The position numbers and the translations under genes were made by a program. From assembly GCA_002633005.1 (NCBI GenBank), contig NMRA01000249.1, positions 267,456 to 331,455 on the forward strand: 64,000 nucleotides of DNA, given 5' to 3'. Under the pieces are notes generated by a model that saw only the letters and a program-made list of their open reading frames with translations, was not told where the DNA came from and ran no database searches. This document shows positions 1-15,000 of the stretch, in pieces; within the stretch, counting starts at the first letter, position 1, and each line of letters starts with the position of its first letter. The DNA is from Phoronis australis (taxonomy: Eukaryota; Animalia; Phoronida).

Positions 1-1215
1 AGCTCACCATCCGTTTTGTTCTTCTAGAATCCAAGATGTTTTCCATCGTGTTAATAACCTACCCTTTATTCCTTAAACGTAGGAAGCACAAGGGACATGT
101 ACTGTTGGTTCAGGTCTTCGAAATTCAAGTTCTGAACCAACCAAATTTTGCTAATCGGTGAGCTACTTCATCACACTGATTGGCAACATGTTCAAGCGTC
201 CAGTCAACTGCGTTCGCAATATTGTTCCATCAGGCTTTACCTGCTGCATGGCTATCTGACGGTATAGCTACTTCGTGTACATGTATAGAATTATTTTGGA
301 TTACCTTTTCAAACAGTTCTTTTTTAGAACTTTACAAGCAGCAAAGGCATCTGCTTGGAAAACAGAACTATATTCAGAGTTACATGTAGATAGTTTTTTC
401 AATTGGTTGTATATTAGTCAGGTATTTAATACGAAACCCCGCACCAACCAGTTCATTTATTTTTTTAGCCATCACTGTATGCTTTAATTGCTTATATCAA
501 TGTTTCTTTTATATCCGATTTTACCATTTCTAATTAGAATGAGACATTCCAATTTACTTTCAAATGTCTTGGTTTTTACTGAGCGATCACTTGGCGTGCA
601 CGGCAGTGGAAGTTCATTTCTAGCACTGTTACACATGTCAACATGATTTTGTTTTTGTTGATATAATCACTGGTTTGACCATCCAGGGTCCTGCTTAATC
701 GATATGGAAAGATCTCCGGATTGTCTCAACCATAAGAAACTCATCAGCAATACCTTCATTGCTCCCAATGGAATGCTATAGTAGGAAGTGCCAATGTCAT
801 CAGATGTTATCATAAGGTAACCTAAACGCTGTACCTTCTGGAAAAACTTCTTAAGGAACAGTTTTTCAATTCTACTGGCATAAAATAAGATTAGTCTTTT
901 CAAGTATTTTTGGAACGAACATAATATTATTTCATTCGAGTAGAGATACATGTACAGTACCAACCGAATGTTGCATTTGGGTTGCCAATATGGTCAAAAC
1001 AGCTGAAGTGCACCCAAGACGCTGATATGCGGCACACGTGCGTTCACGAACCCAAGAGCTGAGGACGCTGGGAGAATTTTGGTTGACACGATAGTTATAT
1101 AAACGTGTGAAGTTGCAAGTGAAGTTGCTGTTTAAGTACTTTCCAGTTATTCAATGCAACTTAATTTTTGTTAAAGTTTCTAGGCACATATTCGAACACG
1201 GGGGTTATGTCTAGA

Positions 1216-1325
1216 AAGTTGCATTGATACTCTCACTTTTCTCCAGATGTCAAGTTGCATTGATACTCTCACTTTTCTCCAGATGTCAAGTTGCATTGAT
1301 ACTCTCACTTTTCTCCAGATGTCAA
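1216..1325. repeat. 36-bp perfect tandem repeat x3
   Basis: AAGTTGCATTGATACTCTCACTTTTCTCCAGATGTC at 1216, 1252, 1288. Confidence 0.95.
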
Positions 1326-1843
1326 TGGATTTGGGAGACGTCTCCACAATTGTTGACACAGTGTTTACAGGAATGATTCAAATTATCGATGGTATAGTAA
1401 ATAATTGTTTTCGAGAAATGTACTAGAGTATTTTGTGCAAGAATTTTGCGTACATCACGAAAGGTATGGCGTGTGCCCCAGGTCTGCGCAGCCCGTTGAA
1501 CGACGCGTCTTCCAGGCACAGTAGTCAAATAGACACCAGTTATGTGACAAGGACGTGCTACTCGGAAATGATATATCATTCACTTTTCCATAAAAGGAGC
1601 CTATCTGTACAGAGGTGTGGGCTCTAAGAAAAACACTCCGTTTGATCGAGTTGATCTGCAAACTCTTCTGATGCGATTTTAGCGAACAGCTATTATCATT
1701 TTCAGACAACCCCGAACCACACATACATTGTAGCCTGTGACAGAGATTTCCGTAAAGAAGCCTTTTCGTAAACTCGAATTGTATAACTAGTACAGAGACA
1801 GCCAGATGTACCCTCAGATACGGTGTGGGTTTAGGAGGAGACA

Positions 1844-1905
1844 GTGTTGCTCAGCGGCTTGAGCTCCAGGCTGCCGTTTGGCAGACCTGGGTTGAAATAC
1901 CGGCT
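1844..1905 (+). mobile_element. Degenerate tRNA-derived SINE head
   Basis: TTGCTCAGCGG (A-like) and CTGGGTTGAAATACCGG (B-like) at tRNA spacing. Confidence 0.35.
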
Positions 1906-2712
1906 TTACTGGCTTGCAAGTAATCATGTGTCTCTTACCCTATGAACTCGATCTTACAAGTGAATATATGCAAGGGACTGCATGAAAACCTGTATTATAA
2001 AGTGAAAACGATTTCAGGGGGTTTACAAGTACTGAAAAATACACGCTCGTTTTTATCAATGTTATCGTATAATCGGCGCATAAACTGAAATCCAGGAAGA
2101 AAATGCAAAAAACTTCCGGTGAATGGTGGTCTCCAAGGTTAGAATTTATTGCTAAAAATGTACTTTAGTTAGGATTTTGGTGTCCATTTTCAAACATGCG
2201 TAGTTCTCCCAAACGTCCTCACTGGGCGTACAGTGTATCTGCGGAAACAACATTCATACGCACCTATTGGAGGTTTCTTTAGATGGATCTGTCACAAACG
2301 CGTCACCTGAAACCGAGTTGTATAATAAAGAAGCAAAAAATAACTTTCGGAAAATGAAAATATTTTCAAAATAATTATTTTATTTAGGAAATTGACTGAA
2401 GAAACACCTTTTCGTTGGGACGCTGTCATGGAAATGACACATTGCAGACCAAGTAACGAGGGAACTTTCCTAACATCGCCCATGGGTTAAAAGGCAGCTG
2501 TCGGTTGTTTGTCACTCAAATCATTCTTGCCAAATTTATGTAACAGCATGTCTCTTGCTGTCTGCGCTTGACAAATCCTTGGTTTCGCTTATCAAGCGAT
2601 GTCGTACGAATCATTACACAAAACGTTATCTCAATAACCCTTTGCTGACATTACTCACCTGGCACGGTAGGTAGTAAAATAAACGAGACGCAGTTAATTA
2701 GTCTTTGCAAAG

Positions 2713-3024
2713 ATGGCCGAGGTAGACGTAAACGTGCATTCGGAGAAACCCTTTCCTTCTCCTCCGCCTGATAATCAACTAAAACTCCAAGACGGTCGTG
2801 ATGGCCACACTGACGATATCAATGATGGTGTTAGTAGCAGCGTATCGTCGTGTAGTTCATTGGAGAACGGCGATAACAATGCGTCGCCACCTTCTTACGA
2901 AACGCAAGTATCGAAAAGAAAGGGCGAAACAACGAAAGAATTGACAGAGAACGTAAGACGCATGGTTCAAAAGGTCAACCACATCTCGGAACGGGTGGAT
3001 GAGTTGTGCGACATTACATCGAAG
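2713..3024 (+). CDS. SLC6 transporter exon 1 (cytosolic N-terminus, MAEVDVNVH...DELCDITSK)
   Basis: ATG in AAGATGG context, 104 open codons, strong donor AAG|GTAGGT at 3025; phase 0 matches the acceptor at 14860. Not conserved sequence, so linkage rests on splice logic. Confidence 0.72.
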
Positions 3025-6000
3025 GTAGGTTTGTAGTTGCGCTGTGTAATGTACATGCATATTTGGTTGACATCATTATAAAACGAATGAGCACAAAAGG
3101 TGGAAATATGACAAGATAAACGGAATGTTGGAAGACGTACATGTATGCCAGTATCAAATAAAAGCTATCTTATTTTATGAAACACCCGTTTCTCCAAGAA
3201 TATGAATCAAATGCAGGCTAACGGGCACGATGGACGCATTGTGTGTCAAAAATTTACCCTCAGATTCGATAAAAAATTACGGAGATTCGGCCTCTACAAA
3301 AATCGGGGAAGCAGAACCTCCAAAGCAAAGGCAATGGAAAACATGAACAGGCTGCAAGAACGGCAAAATATGTAAATAAGAGACAGATGAGATTAAAACA
3401 GGAAGTTCACTGTGTCAACTATTCAGGCGAGGAAGAAGGTAGACCCGAAGTTAAGTCACATGACTTTTTCGAGAATATGGAAGCACTAAAGGTGGGCTAG
3501 GAATAGCAACTAGTTTATGGTTTTGTTAGAATTGGATGAACAAAAGATTGGATTGCCAACACTGATGACCACTTTTCTGTAAACCGTACCCAATAGTACT
3601 GCAAAGTCAAATTTATGGATTTTTCGCCCAAGTAATCCCATGGTTCATGGTAAAATATCATATTAATTATATAATACATGTATAATTATATGTGTCCTCG
3701 CGACGTTACCTGTGTGGATTACATTGTCAGTCGTGACTTATTTTTTAGGATTGCCGTTAAGTTTTGCCGGAGAATGTCCATGTATTGAGAAATTCTTAAA
3801 TTTTTCTACTTACAAGTTTGAAAGGATACGAAAACCTGCTTTGATGATTTCAATCAACCATCGTTGTGTCACCTGCTAAGGCATCAATCTTTAAAGATAC
3901 AAAGAGGAATTATCTAAAGCGTGTACTCTCTGTGTCATAGGTTGGGTATTACGGTTTTTGGTGGAAGGTTTTTCTCCACCGTTGCCTAGTAACTCATGGT
4001 TGGCGTTTTAAAAGAGTTCGAGTTTCAAATTCCCCCCCAAACTTTTAAGGGTTGTAAAGAGTTAAAGAGCATTTGCTGCAGTTATTGGATGGGAATTTCT
4101 TTAACAGGGTGTGTTATCCTTTACCATTAAGTCATTAATTGGGTCGCCGGACTATGTATTTTAGTAAGATTACGCAAAAAAGGAAGGTACATGGATAGCT
4201 AAACAACAACGTTATAAACACCTTCTTAAAGTGTACCCAACATGACTCTAGTACCTCAAAATAAATTTTATTATTATATCTTACTTGATTTCAGTGCCTT
4301 TAGTGCACAGCTCATAAAGAAACACGTAAAAATTGAAAAAATAATAATTATGTACAACGTCATGAGTTGAACCCAAGTCGTTCGGCACACTGTTCAGCTC
4401 AGCAACTAAGTGTATAGAGTGAAGTGAAAGTAAAGTATATTTAGCGTCGAGAAGGTTCGTAGAGTGATGAAAAGATGTGTTTGCGGATGCTGCAGCAACA
4501 GCAGTCAGACGGAGAACGTCTCGGTGTTCCCGGGACGCCAAAGTTGCGCAGTAGTGGCATCGCTTCGTGCGCCGAACGAGAGTGTGGGACCTCAGCGTGG
4601 ACCAAGCGATTCTGTCCGGGGCCACTCTGTGTTCTGCCCACTTTGAGGAGTCGTGTTTCGACTCCAAACAGAGGAGATGTTACGATGAAGGCCTGGTTCA
4701 ATAAAGGACAATATTTACAATTCAGAAACATCGGCTCTTTATTCAGGATCGTCTGTTGGATGACTGGGTTGACTGGCCGAGCCCGAGGCCGCTTCTCTCG
4801 CGGGAGGATCCAGTTCGTAAGGCCTCAAAGTAGAAAAGTACGCAGCTGAAAACATATCAAACTCGTTCTCGATTTCGTGCAACCCCATTTCGTCATCCTG
4901 GCCACCATTATCGTACGTTTCTTCATAGTATTTGTTCGTTTCTTGCTCATAATCGTTGTCGCTTTCAAATTCCCTACTCTCAGCCGTTGTTCAATGCTAG
5001 TCGCTAGATCTCTTGTGTTCAACCCATGATGTCACATGGCGGGAAATGTGAAAATTGGTAAAATTGAAAGAGAAATCAAAATTTCGAGCTAATGACACAA
5101 AATAATCATGGATTTGGTTAAATTTTACGTCATACATTTAGTCTGTGGCCACCGGTAATTCGAAATGTGCAAAAATCCATGGTGTGTTCTGTTTGATATA
5201 AATTTTCAAGACAAAATCTCAAAAAGCTATATTCATCTTGTTTTCACTTTAAGCAAATGTTATTCTTTTTCGTGAAAATCAGGTGAGACAAATTTCTCAT
5301 AGCCTCCGATATAAAAGTGGAAGATGGTAAAAAAACATTTCTTTACCGCGTTTTGGGGAACAGTGCATCTACACACATGTAAAGCCTAGATTTCAAACGT
5401 TTTAAATGAATGTGGTCCGATCAGCCATCTATGAATTATAATTTTTCGATGTTATCAATAGTTGGACATTCATTTTCTCCGTAGACTTGAATAACCCACC
5501 AATTCCAGTAACAAGGTATCACTGGAATGCACCAAATGTCAAGTAGAAGTGCCTGAACTTGGGCCACTTGTGTGGGAGCCCAACCCTCCGGGATGTACCG
5601 TGACTGCAATAAGGCTTCCTGAGTCAGATGTCTACGGAACATCATTCGTACTCGAACGCATACACGATGAACGTTTAAATAGCAACTTCTAGTAGAACCT
5701 ATGGAATTAAAAACATTTTAATACACGGCCTGTCACAGTTTTGGTTGAAACTTTACCAATAGATACCTATCCACCTCAACTGACACCAACTACCATAATA
5801 CACTCATTGACCCCTCCGTCTATTTTATAGACCCTTACATTTTTACTTGAAAAATGCAGAAATTTCAGCTTAACGTCGTTGGGTAACACTACTGCAGTAA
5901 TCCGTGTAGATTACGGATTAGTGTTCAATAGTTTTTGGCATGGATAATATTCATTTCCCACTTCAAATTATAATTTTCAAAGAAATAAAGTTACCCTCTT

Positions 6001-9000
6001 TGTGAGAGCACTTGTTTTGTCGTACCACGTAATTTAAGTACCCAAACTCAAGCTAATGGACTCGTAAGGCTATAGCAAGCTGTAACGAAATGAAATCTGA
6101 AATTTGTAGACTAAGAATAAAAGTTACAACAATCAAGGTCAAAATATGGGTTTTTTGACTTCATGCATAGAAATTTAACTGTGCATGGGCACATTTGGAT
6201 GTTAAGTGTCGAACGCTTGTTGTAATTGTTCAGTAATATAAAATACAAACAATGACTGGAAGTTTTTAACTGGCAGTATAGAGACGTTATTTAACAGGAA
6301 GTCTAATATTGTCGACAGTTTCTTTTCTCTCAGACTGATTGGTCTTATCAGGGTTATCATCGGATTCTTAGTGCAGAAGGTAATGTCAGCAGGTGACACG
6401 TTCTTTGTGACCATACAGTATTGTGGAACATCTTGTTCATGGAAATGTGGCTGCTGTGGTGTGAATATTTAAAGCCGACTTGAGCGGTAACACTTGGAAA
6501 TTTGGATCCTACAATATATTAAGAGCATCGCACTGGGCCCATCAATTCCATAAATTGTGAAATGTAACAAACTGTTAGGCGTATTGGTTTGTTTTTGCCT
6601 ACGTCACCGCCAGAATTACCATTTTTAATGCAAACAGCTTCGAATAACAACCGCAAGCAATGGTGTTCTATTGACCTTTTGACGCAATATGGCGTGAAAA
6701 GGCAGCTTCACCTAACATTTGCGTTATTAAACTCGCGTTTTCTTATTTTGCTAAAGCTTTGCTAGGAGTACCTGGTTTGCTCAATGCATCTAAAATTCCG
6801 TTTCAAATAAGGCTTTAAAAAGGTATTTTCATGAAACTATTCACACGAGGTGGTACGATCTACCGGAAATGTGACTGAGCCAGTTTTTGAATACGAACCC
6901 ACGCTGGCTGGAGTGGGCGTGTTTGGTATATTGCTACGTTGTAGATGCACGGATGCCCATTCCATTGGTGAACTATGGGTATTGACAGACACACGTGTGA
7001 TCAAATGGGATAAACTTTATTTGAGGACACTACAAGGCAGTAGGTGTCCGCCCTGAATGCATTTGAAACACAGGCATTTCCATGGGCTTCTATTGAAGAG
7101 AGCTTGTTGCGGTCAACTTCTAATAAAACTGAGTCTAAGTGGACACTGCACGAGGGCAAACGGAACTCCAAATATGCTCATGACGCAAAAGCGTTCTGGA
7201 CAACTGACGAAGGTACCCCTGCAGTCATGGCTGAACAGATGAAGTTGACAAGAAATGGCCAGAGAAGAACGTTTTAAATGAGATGTCTGGCTAAAAGAGA
7301 ACGAGATCAGCGGCTTCTTTTCGCGCTGGGCTTAATCCTCTCAGGCTGGCTGCTGAATGGGGACATGCACACGGTGAAAGGAGAAAGCTTAAAATCCAAA
7401 TTTTTGCTTGTTTTGAATATGGGTTAATACTGGAAAGTTCTATCGTTGTCTTGTCCTGTTGGTTGATTGTCGCGATTTAAAATGCACAAACCTTTCTTAA
7501 TGTTCGCTGTATGTTCATACATTTTGATTTGTTCCGTAAATTGTCTCATGAGTATATTCTGCTGTGAAAAGAATGAAAAAATGATATGTAAATTTGGTAT
7601 TTCGGGGGGCGAATGTCTGACGGGAAAAATCCTGCCAAATACTCTGTCACCGACCCCGCAAACTCAAAATCTTGGATACGCCCCTGCACTATATCACCAA
7701 CCTCTGTAGAAAGGATTACTGTTCTGTGAAGAATGTCGTACTTGCAAATGTTTGAATACAGGTGCAAGGACCATCACTTGGATGCTCATATTCAAACCGT
7801 ACTGAGCAGTTAATAGCTCTCTCTACCTAGCGATAAAGTCAAAATACCGAATCACAATTGAAGGGCCATGGTCGTTATCGGAAATTTTAAGATGGAATTT
7901 TCATGGTTAAAATTCGTGATTCAATTAAAACTCATTTAACAATCCAGATGTTCACCCAACGGTGGATTCCCTGCCCGTTGCGGCGTCGGCAAGTCGTCTG
8001 ACTCCATCGTGAGTCACTAAATGAATCATATGGCTTGCGGTGGACGACATTTCCAGCTCTGGTCAACGTAACCATGGATGCTCGCTAGACCGTTTTATCT
8101 CTCGGCAAATACCAGACAAGGTACATGTACATGCGCATAACCCAGCTTAAATGCACTGCGAAGTCGCTATAAGCATCTCTCGGCTCAAACTAATTACCCA
8201 CGCATTCATTGCGTCATAAACAAAAATAGTTTTCAGAACAAGTCGCGTACTTGCAAATATATGAGCATGGCAATTGTTTTCCAATTATGTATTTTTATTT
8301 TCACATACCTTGTTCTCAGCACGTGGGAAAAATTGCAAAGCATCACTGATCAACTTCAAGTGTGATAAGAAATCACGTTAAACACGTCTTACCCTGTATA
8401 TACAAAATAAGAACACTAGTAACTGTGGTCGGATTTTTTTTCGTTTTGGGACCGCTCTTAACTGAATTGTTACACTTGTAATGAATCTAGCAATACCTTT
8501 TAAAGGCATGCGAACACCCGGGGGTGAAGGCTCGAATTAGCCTCAATATTTGGCGAAGTGGGCAAAAAGGTTCGCCTCAAAGAAACAAAAAGTCCGAAAA
8601 AAGTAGATAACGAGACAAAAGTCCACTAAAAATGCAGGAACTACTAAAATTCGGTGCATGCACGATTCAGAGCTCTGAACGTACCCCCTTTTTAGTAGGA
8701 GGTGCACGTGCTTAAAAATACGTGCCCCATTTTAGGCTGGGTGCGCTCGTGAAAGGCTAAGTGGCTGTTGTATGTTTCCGGCGACGGTCACAGACAGAAG
8801 GGTATCATAATAGAATCATGGTTTGCTAGCAATGGTACATTCAATTGGGCGTATTTTTCACGGAAGTCATTATTGGTATATGTGCTGATATGGGATTATC
8901 CATAATGAAAAGCCTTAAAGACAGCCTCATTTTAAATTCCCAAACAAAAAGGGAAATTAGGCTGCTGGGATTATTTTTCATCGGAAACACGTTAGGTGCG

Positions 9001-12000
9001 TAGATTATAACCCGGACGAGAAGCCAGATCGCGTGTTGCGTAGCCCGACCTTGGGCCAAAACAACCGTCTCCCAGTGGTATTGCGGGTAAGTCAATCGTC
9101 GGTCACGAGAATGCAAGCACTGTTTTTTTTTACTTTTATACGAAGTTTGGTCTATACTTTAACGAAGTAGAAAACGTCAATTAGGCATAAAACCGGAAGT
9201 CCGAAATCGTTGATGTTTGACAATACAGCATCTTATAAATAATCACAAGATTTGCGTTTGAACGAAATTATGATTCGGGTTGGAAAAATGGAGATGCGTT
9301 GTTAACGGCGGGTGACATGTGAAACAGCTCTCTCGAGCGCTTTAACATTGCCTGACGCAGACCGTAATCATCAGATAGCCATGATTTGAGTAGAATGCGC
9401 AATCTTCCTTGAAGCTTGCCATGTTGTACTTAAGGTCTGTAATGAACGTTGGCAGCATCACACTCATTCAGTCATTTTAATGTAGAGTGTACCTACCGAC
9501 ATCGCAACACTTGTCGGGTTCTTTCCACAAGTAAACGTATGCTGCTGGTTACTGTGCTACACCATTATGATTGCGTAACTCATCATTTAAATAAAGGGAA
9601 AGATAATCTCTTATTAATAAAATTTGAGATGCAACGTCGACACCAATTGCCAAAATTCAATGGGCAAGTATCAGGTCTTGGTGTGCTTCTCTTGTTAATA
9701 AACTAGGGAGTGTCAATCATCCAATATAGTTTACTACCTCCACTAAAGAAGAGAGTACAAAAATAGACCAATGGCTCGATCAGCAGGTCTATGAAACAAT
9801 CTTAAATAGTAACGTGGCTATGTTCCCCAAACTTTGACGGCATTTTTAACCTTGTGACAACATCTATCATTCTTTTCAGTGTGGTATTCTCCTTGCTGTG
9901 TTCGTTTTTGAGTAACTATTTGGCACTGTTTCATGCAACCACTCCTAGATCTCTTGTTTGTAAACGATAACACTCATAAAAAAGATAAACGTCAGGTGGT
10001 TGTTTTGATACTCCCGTGGGAACGGCTTTTCAAGTTCATTAGAGTGCAAATAAAGTATAGTGTGAAACACAGTGACTAAAACATGCGGTCTAATAAATGC
10101 GCTGTCAGTTTCAGTTTCAAGATATTTTTCGGTAGTTTTACAACAAGGTCCAAGTACTTTAAAAATTGTCAAACATCCCAAATTCCTGGTCAAAACAGCC
10201 ATTAGTACATCTGCAGCAGGTTGCAAACCGTGTTCAGACCGAGGATCTGTGAAAGATATGTTTTGGTGGAGTGATATACTGGCCCTTTTCCGGGACGAAC
10301 GGGTTGTGCACACCCGTATACGATCTGTAAACAGTATTGGGTTTACGGAAAAGGAAGCAGTTTGGCCTGTGTGATGAGTTTGTCCTTCGTTTGGCCAAGT
10401 CGTGGGTTTGAGTCCCAGTGAGGCACTCTGCGTTAGGTCTCCAGCTCCACAGCTCAGCTTTAACTAGACTAGTAATGCATAAAATGGTCCCAGGCAGACA
10501 GTGCAGTGGGCCAACATGAGCGACCTGCACACGACTTGTACAGCGTGTTCGATGCCGCCTGCAATTATTATCTAGCAAAATGAGGAAATGTTGGGGAAGG
10601 TAAGGATATTTTGGAGACTTTCGCACGTAAAGCTATTTTTAATCTTTTATGGAGAAATTGTACATGTACAGTATCGCCTCAAATCAACCTCAACATTGAA
10701 TTTAAGACGATCGAGCAACACGCCTAAGGTATTTGAAAGGCCCAACATTATGGGGTATCTGGTAGAGACTGGTAGTTGCTTTTTTGAATGCTGTGCAATT
10801 AATTTCCTATCCAGTCCTGCCGTCCCAGTAAAACAGCCTACATTTTAAGCATATATTTTGAACAAAAGTTTCACACGTACATGTAAATATACTGTACACG
10901 ACAGCCATTAGCACGGAACCAGTGTGGTACATGTAGTCTTGAGGTGAAAATGGCGTCTCGGTTTTCGCCGGTTTGCAATCCGCGTAAAATACTGGCATTT
11001 TTGCACAACAGCATGGGCGAAGTTTTAACCAAATCGAATAGTTGATGAACTTCCGGAAGAATTGTTCTGAAAAAAGGAAACGAAGTGATGAATTAAATGC
11101 AGTGCTTTCTAACAATGCAAAATTACAATTAATCCGACAATTTATCATTACAGAGCAGATGTTTTGAACATATTAGCTGTATTTGAATGAATAAGCGTAT
11201 TCATGACAACGAAGTTTCTTGGATATTTAAATAACGGTTTAAGGATTGAACTGCTATTACGCAAATTCTACCCAGATAATGGTCGTTTTAAGCAAATAAA
11301 ACTATCGGCGATTGCATTATCCTCTGTTAATCTTGACATCTTATGGTCTTATCAGTAACTGTGCTCATTTAAAATCCCGTTTAAAGCATTTACCTGCCCG
11401 TGTACAATCGAGTAATAAATTAATAAATTTTTATATGCTCGTTTCAGGCTCTTCAAACGAAGAATACAGCTACTTCGGTAAGTGTTTGAGTGGCACAGCC
11501 TACTCGATTTATTGCACCTGTGCTCGCTGTATACGTAAATTACTGTAAATCCAGGTACATCGTGCGGTTTACTTTGAAAACATTTGGTAGACAACGACTC
11601 ACTCCTTATTGAGAACGCACACTGTGAATAGACGCAAGTAATTACTTTTGAAATGGTCGACTCTAGAGCAGAGGTCACATGTTCAAAAATGACGACATGT
11701 CTATGAATCCTCAGAACTGTAAAAAAACAGCAGAACAACGGTCGACCACCCCACACAATATTTTCAGTTTTGTGGAGTAGAGTAAAGGCTGGTGCTCACA
11801 GACACTGAAATCAGTTCAGTTTTGCAACGTACAACCGCCTTCAGAGCTTGGTGGAGCTCGGTGACTCCTCAACTATAGTTGTAAACGTACAACCAAAACA
11901 ACCGTTCAGCATAACAAAGCATCCGTCCTTCGGCGAATCCGATATAATTCGCAGAGCCGAAAAGGAGTGCGATCACGGTCGAAGAAAAAGCAAACCAAAA

Positions 12001-15000
12001 AACAAAACAAAACAAACAAATGGAGCAAGAGGTTTTATCTTTTGACAACGCTGCAATTTTGACACGCATAATGCTTACTACCATAATGTCACACGCAAGT
12101 CGGAGGTGTGGCTGTTGCACTTGGAGCCCGTGATCCTAGTTCTGACATTCTAGCTGCTGTGACGACTTCTGCGCATGATCCTAAATTGCTCAAGAAACAT
12201 AGGGAACGGGTACATGTAATTAATGTCAAACTCTTATCCAATCGTACACTGTATATTCATAACTGTTCGTGTTGGAACTACTGTAAAGATCCTTTGGTAT
12301 AATTTCTGATACGCATAATATGAGATGGTTATCACGCGATGCAAACTTGAAAGTAATTTCTTTCCCAATTGATTTGCAGGCAAACCGTTCCAGAAATACG
12401 TTGTCTCAGGTTATAACTAACACTAAATGTAAGCTGACTGAATGTATGAATATAATGTACATGTATGTATGAAGTGTGTTATCAATGTAAAGCATCTGGT
12501 AAGAACAGACTGTTCCATCGACCAGTGATACTCATCTGACTTAACGTCTATGGAAAGTGAATTATTACATGACATGTTTCGTTGCTGTTTACTTCTGAAG
12601 TTGTTAATTTTGACCGCCATTGACTCTGGCCTCTTGCTGCTCAACAGCGTTTTTTACAAGATTTTCAAAAAAAGATTACGAATATCATCGAAGGGTGGCT
12701 GCCTTTCTCAAAGTTTTGGCAAAAACACAAAAAGAAACCAAACAAAAAACAACACTTAGGCATTCATTGTTTTTCAATTTTGTCAATTTAACGATGAGAT
12801 ATTTCATCAACGTTCTTGAAGAACATAATTTAAATCTTAATGACTGTTTGTCGTTGAATAAAATGTTATCATTATTCCAGCCATCGTCAGCCAACGGTAC
12901 GACAGACAACAATAAAGGAGTTGTGGTGAGTAACAATCTTATAAATACTAAACATTTATCATAAAAAAAACTGATTCATACCATCCCCCTGTCCCCACGG
13001 ACATTACCGATCACCTCTTTGGCGTGCCGTTTTTATGGACAAGTCGGCCAGTTTTCCTTTGAAATGTTTGCTTACCCCTCACAATGTCTTAAATCAACCG
13101 ATGTAAGGGCTAACAGCACAGTCAAAGTTAATCTTTTCCCTGGGAGCTTATTCCTGCCGCAAGGTCGGGAGTTCTTTCGTTAAAAAGGTCGCAATGTTTG
13201 TTGACTGACGTAATGCCCAAAAACATCTCTAAGTTGACTGCTCGGTCCGATGACTACAGTAGCTGTAAACTTCAGCCCGTATTTTACTCCCTGTCGTTGA
13301 CGACGTCTCATTTTATAAATACTTACAGACTCTAGCTTAGAAATCACAATTAGTGGGTTTCCTAAGGTAATTCCATGTAATGGTTTTACTGAAATTATCT
13401 GATCGTAGGCGTGGGACCTGAATGTGGAAGTTCCCGGTGCATGCCTGTTCTGAAACCATTTGCCAAAACTGATTTCAGAATTAAGGTAGGGGTATAGGCC
13501 TAATGAGTGAAATGACTGGAAGTGTTCAAATTGTGTAGGTGGGTCTTATAATCGTTACCATGCCTGCAGTCACAGAAAGCTGAACTCACTTTAATCTGCG
13601 TTTTTCCAAAATTTGTTCCTAGGTTTTGCAATCTCAAGAAATATTTCCTCCCTGGATTGAGCGCTATTCCTGTGCAGAGGTAGAAACATAAATTGCATTA
13701 AAGGCATACTTTTCAAAATGTCAAGCACTCCTCAGATGATTAACAAGGGAAGCCCACCCAGCACTGATAGTTGACCTTTTGTTGTCAGCTTTACAACTAA
13801 AATGCAACAATACAATTGTTCTGCCTAACAATGGTAAATTACATAATATCAAGGATAGAGATATGAAGCTGGGTATATGAAGTTCTATAACCAGTGTTGC
13901 CTTACCTTGAGGTGAGACTTGCACCATGCTATGTTATGGGGTTATGATTGCTCGTGGAATACGCATTGTGGCAATTTCAAGCAAAGCCCTGAAATGTAGA
14001 AGCTTTTATAAAGCTGTCTCAGATCCACCCCTGTTGTCTGTTAAAGTACCGCCTTATTTTCAAACAGTTCTGCGTTATTTTGTGTTTGCTTGCTTTGATC
14101 TTAACAACATTTTTGCTTTAGTTACGTTTTATGTACAGTGTATATTAACACTACGACTTACGTTATTTTACACTGTACATTTTTGACGTCAACAACATAG
14201 CCTACGCCTGCAGCTTGCAGACCTCAAACTCATAGAGCTTGTAGGCCCGCGTGGCGATAATTGTGAACGGTCCCTTTTTGATCCTGGCATCTCTCTAACG
14301 CAAAGAAATCACGCTTTATCTAGTATGAGGCGTACACGACCTGCGGTTGGAGTCTCATCTGTGCACTCAAAAGTGAAATGGAAATTAGTTTTGACATTTT
14401 CCGAAGTTCTTTTTTGTATGTACTCAAGATATATATTCTCGATTATTCTGTACTAGCTGAATATTATGGTTTCATTAGACTACTATCAATTCCAATTTTG
14501 CACTTGGTGATCTCTAAATTCACGCCTCAAATTCGAGTAATAACTCATGATTTCGAGTAAAAGCTCGGAATTTCGAGTTCAAACTTGATCTGATAGCTTT
14601 ATATGTAGGGTCAACAAAAAGTGCAAATTGGATTAGGTAATCGTCCTCCTAAACCATGATGTACTCTTGCAAAACATACATGTAAAAGACACGCGTCTTG
14701 AGTTCACACAAAATTTAGACGAAACTTTAAAATTATTTCGGGTTCGATTTCAAGTGCAACCATTATACCCCCGGAGGGCGCGTTGATGGCTGTTTAAGTC
14801 TGCTTTATATTCTGTCAAAACAATTCTGAAATAATGACCGTCGTCCTTGACTAACCCAGAATGAAGCGTTCGAAGGTGATTTGGAAGTTGGTTCAAAGGA
14901 AGAGCACGGATTCTTTCAAGAGGATGAGAATGAAGAACGCGGCAATTGGTCTGGAAAGCTTGATTTCATCATGGCTTGCCTCGGATATGCTGTTGGCTTG

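Noticed and set aside
1216-1325. 36-bp repeats as a CRISPR array
   Set aside because: Units are head-to-tail with no spacers; eukaryotic context, no cas genes.
6850-7400. Third Kolobok-like relic (FEYEP, CRC motifs)
   Set aside because: Motifs too short and no convincing TIR/TTAA pair found.
10360-10560. SINE with B-box GGGTTTGAGTCCC
   Set aside because: No clear A box or second copy in the window, so not listed as a feature.
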